DNA of 64,000 nucleotides. Origin: the human T2T-CHM13v2.0 reference genome, Homo sapiens. Positions 56,501 through 64,000 of the stretch are shown here, one piece after another. The notes under the pieces are model-generated. The model was given only the letters and a program-made list of their open reading frames with translations, was not told the DNA's origin and ran no database searches. Position 1 is the first letter of the stretch. The number at the start of each line of letters is the position of its first letter. Position numbers and translations under genes: made by a program. The stretch is from the NCBI RefSeq assembly GCF_009914755.1, contig NC_060948.1; one strand, written 5' to 3'.

Positions 56501-59500
56501 AACAGAATGGAATCAAATCGAATGAAATGGAATGGAATAGAAAGGAATGGAATGAAATGGAATGGAAAGGATTCGAATGGAATGCAATCGAATGGAATGA
56601 AATCGAATGGAATGGAATCGAACGGAATGGAATAAAATGGAAGAAAACTGGCAAGAAATGGAGTCGAAATGAATGGAGTGTTATGGAACGGACTCAAAAG
56701 GAATTGAATGTAATAGAATGGAGTGGAGTGGACTCGAATATAATGGACTGGAATGGAATGAAATCACATGGAATGGGAACGAATGGAATGGAATGGAAAG
56801 GAATGGAATCGAATGGAAAGGAATCGAATGGAAGGGAATGAAATTGAATCAACAGGAATGGAAGGGAGTAGAATAGACGGTAATGGAATGGACTCGAATA
56901 GAATGGACACGAATGCTCAAATTGAATGGACTCGAATGGAATGGAAACGAAAGGAATGTCATCGAATGGAATTGAATCGATTGGAATGAAATCACATAGA
57001 ATGGAGTGGAATCAAATGGAATTGAATCGAAAGGAAAGGAAGCGAATGGACTGAAATGAAATGGAATGGAATTGAATGGAAATTAATGCAATGGAATAGA
57101 ATGGAACGAAATTTCACGGAATGGAATCAAACTGAATGGAATCAAATCAATGGAATATAATCAAATGGAATGGAAAGGAATTGAATGGAGTAGATTGGAT
57201 TGGATGGGATTGGAATGAAATGTACTGGAAAGGACTCGAATTTCATGAAACGGAATGGAATGAATTAGAACGGAATGGACTCGAATGGAATGGAATGTCA
57301 TGGAATGGCATCAAATGGAATGGAATCGAATGCGATGGAATGCTATGGAATGGAATGGAATGCATTGGAATGGAATGTCCTCTAATGGAATGGATTCGAG
57401 TGGAATGGAATCGAATATAATGGAGTCTAATCAAAGGGAATTGAAAGGAATGGGACCGAATACAATGGAATATACTGGAATGTAATGTAATGAACTCGAA
57501 TGTAATTGACTGGAATGGAATGTACATGAATGGAATGTAATCGAATGGAAAGCAATCCAATGGAATAGAATCTAATGCAATAAAATGGACTCAAATAGAG
57601 TAGAATATAATGGAATGGAGTGCAGTGCAATGGAATGGAATGGAATGGAATGCAATGGAATGGAATGGAATGGAATGGAATGGAATGGGATGGAATGGTA
57701 TGGAATGGATAGTAATGGACTGGAGTGAAATGGACTGGAAAAGAATGGACTCAAATTGAAAGGGCTCGAAAGGAATGGAGTCAAATGGAATGGTCTGGAA
57801 TGGAATGAACATGAATGTAATGCAATCCAATAGAATGGAATCGAATGGCATGGAATATAAAGAAATGGAATCGAAGAGAATGGAAACAAATGGAATGGAA
57901 TTGAATGGAATGGAATTGAATGGAATGGGAACGAATGGAGTGAAATTGTATGCAGTAGAAGAGAATAGAATGGAATGCAAGCGAAAGGAAAGGAATGGAT
58001 TGGAATGGAATGGAATTCATTGGAATGGAAGGGAATGTAGTGTAATGGACAGGCCTGGAATAAAGTGGAATGCTACGGTCTCGAATGGAATAAAAATGTA
58101 TGGAATGGAATGCAATGAAACGGAATCGAATGTCATAGAATGTAATGGAATGCAAAAAAATGGAATCCAAAATCATTGACTGGAAAGGCTGGGTGTCGAA
58201 AGGAATTGACTCCAATGGAATGGAATCGAATGGAATGGAAGTGAATAGAATCGAACTAAATCGAATGGAATGGAATTGATAGGAACGGAATGGAAAGGAA
58301 TGCAATGATTTGGCATGGAATGGAATATAATGGCATCGAATGGAATGGAATGCAATGGAATGGAATGTATTAGAATGTAATGAACTTTAATGGAATGTAC
58401 TCGTATGGATTCGACTGGAATGGAAGGTTCTCGAAGTGAATGGACTCCAATGGAATGGATTCAAAAGGAATGGAATCGTACGGAATGGAATCTAATGGAA
58501 TGGAATTAAATGGAAATGAATCAAATTGAATAGCACGGAATTGAATTGAATGGAATCGAATGCAATGGAATCTAATGAAACGGAAAGGAAAGGAATGGAA
58601 TGGATTGGAATGGAATGGGCTGGAATGGAATGGAATCGAAACGAATGGAATGGAATCGAACTGAAGAGACTGGAATGGAATGCACTGGAATGGAAGGGAA
58701 TGTAATGGAAGGTTCTCGAAAAAAATGGAATCGAAAGGAATGGAATTGAATGGAACGGAATAGAGTCGAATGGAATTCAATGGAATGGAATGGACTAGAG
58801 TGAAATGGAATCGAACCACAAGGAATGGACAGGAATAGAATGGTCTCGAATTGAATGGAATCGTATGGAATGGCATCAAACGGAATGGAATGGACAGCCA
58901 CGGAATGGAATGGACACCCACGGAATGGAATGCACTCGAATGCAATGGAGTCGACACTAATGGACTGGAATAGAATGGACTCGACTGGTACGGACTCCAA
59001 TGGAATGGAATCGAATGGAAGGGAATCGAACGGAATGGACTCGAAGGGAAAAGACTGCAATGGAAAGGTCTCGAATGGAATGGAAATTAATGGAATGGAA
59101 TGGAATCGAATGAAATGGAGTCAAAAGGAATGGAATCGAATGTCAAGAAATCGAATGTAATGGAATCGCAAGGAATTGATGTGAACGGAACGGAATGGAA
59201 TGGAATCCAAAGGAATGGAATAGAATGGAATGGAATCGAATGGAAAGGACTCGAATGGAAATCACTCGAATAGAATGCAATTTAATAAAATAGGATCAAA
59301 TGTAATGGAATGGAATGGAAAGGAATCGAAACGAAAGGAAAGGAGACAGATGGAATGGAATGGAACAGAGAGCAATGGTATAGAATGGAATGGAATCATC
59401 TGGAATGGAATTGAATGGAATGGAATAATATGAAATGGAAAGGAATGGAATGGAATGCCCTTGAATTAAATGGACTGGAATGGAATGGACTCGAACAGAG

Positions 59501-60394
59501 TGGAATGGAAAGTGTTGAAATAGAATGGAATGGACTCGTTTGGAATGGTCTAGTATGCAATGCAATCGACTGGCAGGGAATCAAAAGGAATGTAATCGAA
59601 TGGATTGGACTGGAATGCAATGGACTCGAATAGATTGGAAACGGAAAGCAAAGGAATGGAATGGAATAGTATGGAATGGAATGGAAAGGAATGGAGTGGA
59701 ATAGACTAGAGTGGAATGGAATGGACTGGAAAGCAATGGACTGGAATGGAACTTTCTTGAATGGACTGGAATCAAACGGAATGGAATGCAATGCAATCAA
59801 ATGGCATGGAATAAAATAGAATGAAAGAGAATGAAATGGAATTGAATCGAATGGAATCGAATGGATTGGAAAGGAATAGAATGGAATGGAATGGAATTGA
59901 CTCAAATGGAATGGACTAGAATGGAATGGATTCGAATGGAAGGCAAAGGAATGGAATCTATTGGAATGGACTGTAATGGAATGGAATGGAAGGGATTGGA
60001 ATGGACTCGAATGGAATGGACTGCAATAGAAAGGATTCGAATGGAATGAAAAAGAATTGAATGGAATAGAACAGAATGGAATCAAATCGAATGAAATGGA
60101 ATGGAATAGAAAGGAATGGAATGAAATGGAATGGAAAGGATTCGAATGGAATGCAATCGAATGGAATGGAATCGAACGGAATGGAATAAAATGGAAGAAA
60201 ACTGGCAAGAAATGGAATCGAAATGAATGGAGTGTTATGGAACGGACTCAAAAGGAATTGAATGTAATAGAATGGAGTGGAGTGGACTCGAATATAATGG
60301 ACTGGAATGGAATGAAATCACATGGAATGGGAACGAATGGAATGGAATGGAAAGGAATGGAATCGAATGGAAAGGAATCGAATGGAAGGGAATG
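38571..60394 (+). repeat. Recent tandem duplication of a three-monomer (10662-bp) DYZ1 block
   Basis: Monomer lengths 3549/3544/3569 occur twice, and private variants recur at +10662 (39071/49733, 48230/58892, 49171/59833). Coordinates are the outer limits. Confidence 0.92.
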
Positions 60395-63300
60395 AAATTG
60401 AATCAACAGGAATGGAAGGGAATAGAATAGACGGTAATGGAATGGACTCGAATAGAATGGACACGATTGCTGAAATTGAATGGACTCGAATGGAATGGAA
60501 ACGAAAGGAATGTCATCGAATGGAATTGAATCGATTGGAATGAAATCGCATAGAATGGAGTGGAATCAAATGGAATTGAATCGAAAGGAAAGGAAGCGAA
60601 TGGACTGAAATGAAATGGAATGGAATTGAATGGAAAGTAATGCAATGGAATAGAATGGAACGAAATTTCACGGAATGGAATCAAACTGAATGGAATCAAA
60701 TCAATGGAATCAAATCAAATGGAATGGAAAGGAATTGAATGGAGTAGATTGGATTCGATGGGATTGGAATGAAATGTACTGGAAAGGACTCGAATTTCAT
60801 GAAACGGAATGGAATGAATTGGAACGGAATGGACTCGAATGGAATGGAATGTCATGGAATGGCATCAAATGGAATGGAATCGAATGCAATGGAATGCTAT
60901 GGAATGGATTGGAATGCATTGGAATGGAATGTCCTCTAATGGAATGGATTCGAGTGGAATGGAATCGAATATAATGGAGTCGAATGAAATGGAATTGAAA
61001 GGAGTGGGATCGAATACAATGGAATATACTGGAATGTAATGTAATGAACTCGAATGTAATTGACTGGAATGGAATGTACATGAATGGAATGTAATCCAAT
61101 GGAAAGTAATCCAATAGAATAGAATCTAATGCAATAAAACCGACTCAGATAGAGTAGAATGTAATGGAATGGAGTGCAGTGCAATGGAATGGAATGGAAT
61201 GGAATGCAATGGAATGGAATGGAATGGAATGGAATGGAATGGAATGGAATGGGATGGAATGGGATGGAATGGATAGTAATGGACTGGAGTGAAATGGACT
61301 GGAAAGGAATGGACTCAAATTGAAAGGGCTCGAAAGGAATGGAGTCAAATGGAATGTTCTGGAATGGAATGAACACGAATGTAATGCAATCCAATAGAAC
61401 GGAATCGAATGGCATGGAATATAAAGAAATGGAATCGAAGAGAATGGAAAAAAATGGAATGGAATTGAATGGAATGGAATTGAATGGAATGGGAACGAAT
61501 GGAGTGAAATTGTATGCAGTAGAAGGGAATAGAATGGAATGCAAGCGAAAGGAAAGGAATGGATTGGAATGGAATGGAATTCATTGGAATGGAAGGGAAT
61601 GTAGTGTAATGGACAGGCCTGGAATAAAGTGGAATGCTACGGTCTCGAATGGAATAAAAATGTATGGAATGGAATGCAATGAAACGGAATCGAATGTCAT
61701 AGAATGTAATGGAATGCAAAAAAATGGAATCCAAAATCATTGACTGGAAAGGCTGTGTGGCGAAAGGAATTGACTCCAATGGAATGGAATCGAATGGAAT
61801 GGAAGTGAATAGAATCGAACTAAATCGAATGGAATGGAATTGATAGGAACGGAATGGAAAGGAATGCAATGATTTGGCATGGAATGGAATCGAATGGCAT
61901 CGAATGGAATGGAATGGAATGCAATGGAATGGAATGTATTAGAATGTAATGAACTTTAATGGAATGTACTCGAATGGATTCGACTGGAATGGAATGTTCT
62001 GGAAGTGAATGGACTCCAATGGAATGGATTCAAAAGGAATGGAATCATACGGAATGGAATCTAATGGAATGGAATTAAATGGAAGTGAATCAAATTGAAT
62101 AGCACGGAATTGAATTGAATGGAATGGAATGCAACGGAATCTAATGAAACGGAAAGGAAAGGAATGGAATGGAATGGAATGGGCTGGAATGGAAAGGAAT
62201 CGAAACGAATGGAATGGAATCGAACTGAAGAGACTGGAATGGAATGCACTGGAATGGAAGGGAGTTTAATGGAAGGTTCTCGAAAAAAATGGAATCGAAT
62301 GGAATGGAATTGAATGGAACGGAATAGAGTCGAATGGAATTGAATGGAATGGAATGGACTAGAGTGAAATGGAATCGAACCACAAGGAATGGACAGGAAT
62401 AGAATGGTCTCGAATTGAATGGAATCGTATGGAATGGCATCAAACGGAATGGAATGGACAGCCACGGAATGGAATGCACTCGAATGCAATGGAGTCGAAA
62501 CTAATGGACTGGAATAGAATGGACTCGACTGGTACGGACTCCAATGGAATGGAATCGAATGGAAGGGAATCGAACGGAATGGACTCGAAGGGAAAAGACT
62601 GCAATGGAAAGGTCTCGAATGGAATGGAAATTAATGGAATGGAATGGAATCGAATGAAATGGAGTCAAAAGGAATGGAATCGAATGGCAAGAAATCGAAT
62701 GTAATGGAATCGCAAGGAATTGATGTGAACGGAACGGAATGGAATGGAATCCAAAGGAATGGAATAGAATGGAATGGAATCGAATGGAAAGGACTCGAAT
62801 GGAAATCACTCGAATAGAATGCAATTTAATAAAATAGGATCAAATGTAATGGAATGGAATGGAAAGGAATCGAAACGAAAGGAATGGAGACAGATGGAAT
62901 GGAATGGAACAGAGAGCAATGGTATAGAATGGAATGGAATCATCTGGAATGGAATTGAATGGAATGGAATAATATGAAATGGAATGGAATGGAATGGAAT
63001 GGAATGGAATGGAATGCCCTTGAATTAAATGGACTGGAATGGAATGGACTCGAACAGAGTGGAATGGAAAGTGTTGAGATAGAATGCAATGGACTCCTTC
63101 GGAATGGTCTAGTATGCAATGCAATCGACTGGCAGGGAATCAAAAGGAATGTAATCGAATGGATTGGACTGGAATGCAGTGGACTCGAATAGATTGGAAA
63201 CGGAATGCAAAGGAATGGAATGGAATAGTATGGAATGGAATGGAAAGGAATGGAGTGGAATAGACTAGAGTGGAATGGAATGGACTGGAAAGCAATGGAC

Positions 63301-64000
63301 TGGAATGGAACTTTCTTGAATGGACTGGAATCAAACGGAATGGAATGCAATGCAATCAAATGGCATGGAATAAAATAGAATGAAAGAGAATCAAATGGAA
63401 TTGAATCGAATGGAATCGAATGGATTGGAAAGGAATAGAATGGAATGGAATTGAATTGACTCAAATGGAATGGACTAGAATGGAATGGATTCGAATGGAA
63501 GGCAAAGGAATGGAATCTATTGGAATGGACTGTAATGGAATGGAATGGAAGGGATTGGAATGGACTCGAATGGAATGGACTGCAATAGAAAGGATTCGAA
63601 TGGAATGAAAAAGAATTGAATGGAATAGAACAGAATGGAATCAAATCGAATGAAATGGAATGGAATAGAAAGGAATGGAATGAAATGGAATGGAAAGGAT
63701 TCGAATGGAATGCAATCGAATGGAATGGAATCGAACGGAATGGAATAAAATGGAAGAAAACTGGCAAGAAATGGAATCGAAATGAATGGAGTGTAATGGA
63801 ACGGACTCAAAAGGAATTGAATGTAATAGAATGGAGTGGAGTGGACTCGAATATAATGGACTGGAATGGAATGAAATCACATGGAATGGGAACGAATGGA
63901 ATGGAATGGAAAGGAATGGAATCGAATGGAAAGGAATCGAATGGAAGGGAATGAAATTGAATCAACAGGAATGGAAGGGAATAGAATAGACGGTAATGGA

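Larger units (their letters stand above)
3527..64000 (+). repeat. DYZ1: DYZ1 / human satellite 3 (HSat3, Yq12) tandem array of ~3.55-kb monomers built from degenerate GGAAT pentamers
   Basis: GGAAT-derived pentamers on the + strand throughout. The landmark g(g/a)actc(c/g)tt recurs at 3529, 6258, 9806, 13368, 16916, 20470, 24018, 27572, 31126, 34660, 38208, 41757, 45301, 48870, 52419, 55963, 59532 and 63091, giving monomer lengths 2729, 3548, 3562, 3548, 3554, 3548, 3554, 3554, 3534, 3548, 3549, 3544, 3569, 3549, 3544, 3569 and 3559. Full monomers carry a conserved HaeIII site (GGCC, e.g. 8347-8350) and a conserved EcoRI site (GAATTC, e.g. 8308-8313), as expected for the classical 3.4/3.56-kb Y repeat. 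Confidence 0.96.

Noticed and set aside
3578-63989. Hundreds of ORFs up to 310 aa (MEWNG-rich on +, IPFHS-rich on -)
   Set aside because: These are the conceptual translations of (GGAAT)n and (ATTCC)n, which have no stop codons. They overlap in several frames, change length between monomers and show no domain or gene structure.
3527-64000. CRISPR-like or other prokaryotic repeat system
   Set aside because: There is no repeat-unique spacer alternation and no cas or other genes, and the Alu shows the DNA is primate.
3527-64000. Inversions or transposon insertions within the DYZ1 array
   Set aside because: The GGAAT strand stays on + throughout and every monomer is colinear; I saw no foreign sequence.

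Overview
This window is primate (almost certainly human) Y-chromosome Yq12 heterochromatin and contains no protein-coding genes. Bases 1-3527 hold the last ~1.5 copies of a 2388-bp DYZ2/HSat1B composite repeat (HSATI-like segment, ~1.5 kb AT-rich block, antisense Alu). At 3527 this joins abruptly to a DYZ1/HSat3 array of degenerate (GGAAT)n that runs to the end of the window. The array has 17 monomers plus a partial 18th; 16 of them are 3534-3569 bp, and the junction-adjacent one is only 2729 bp after ~820 bp of deletions. Shared variants show two very recent higher-order tandem duplications (a 7102-bp dimer and a 10662-bp trimer) and older chimeric monomers. The most notable sequence-level signal is that a typical DYZ1 monomer carries three perfect heat-shock elements (nGAAnnTTCnnGAAn), about 50 in the window, with visible gains and losses between monomers. 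All ORFs in the track are translation artefacts of satellite or AT-rich DNA. I found no clearly new gene system. Family names rest on recognition from established knowledge, not on a database search, and all counts were made by eye.
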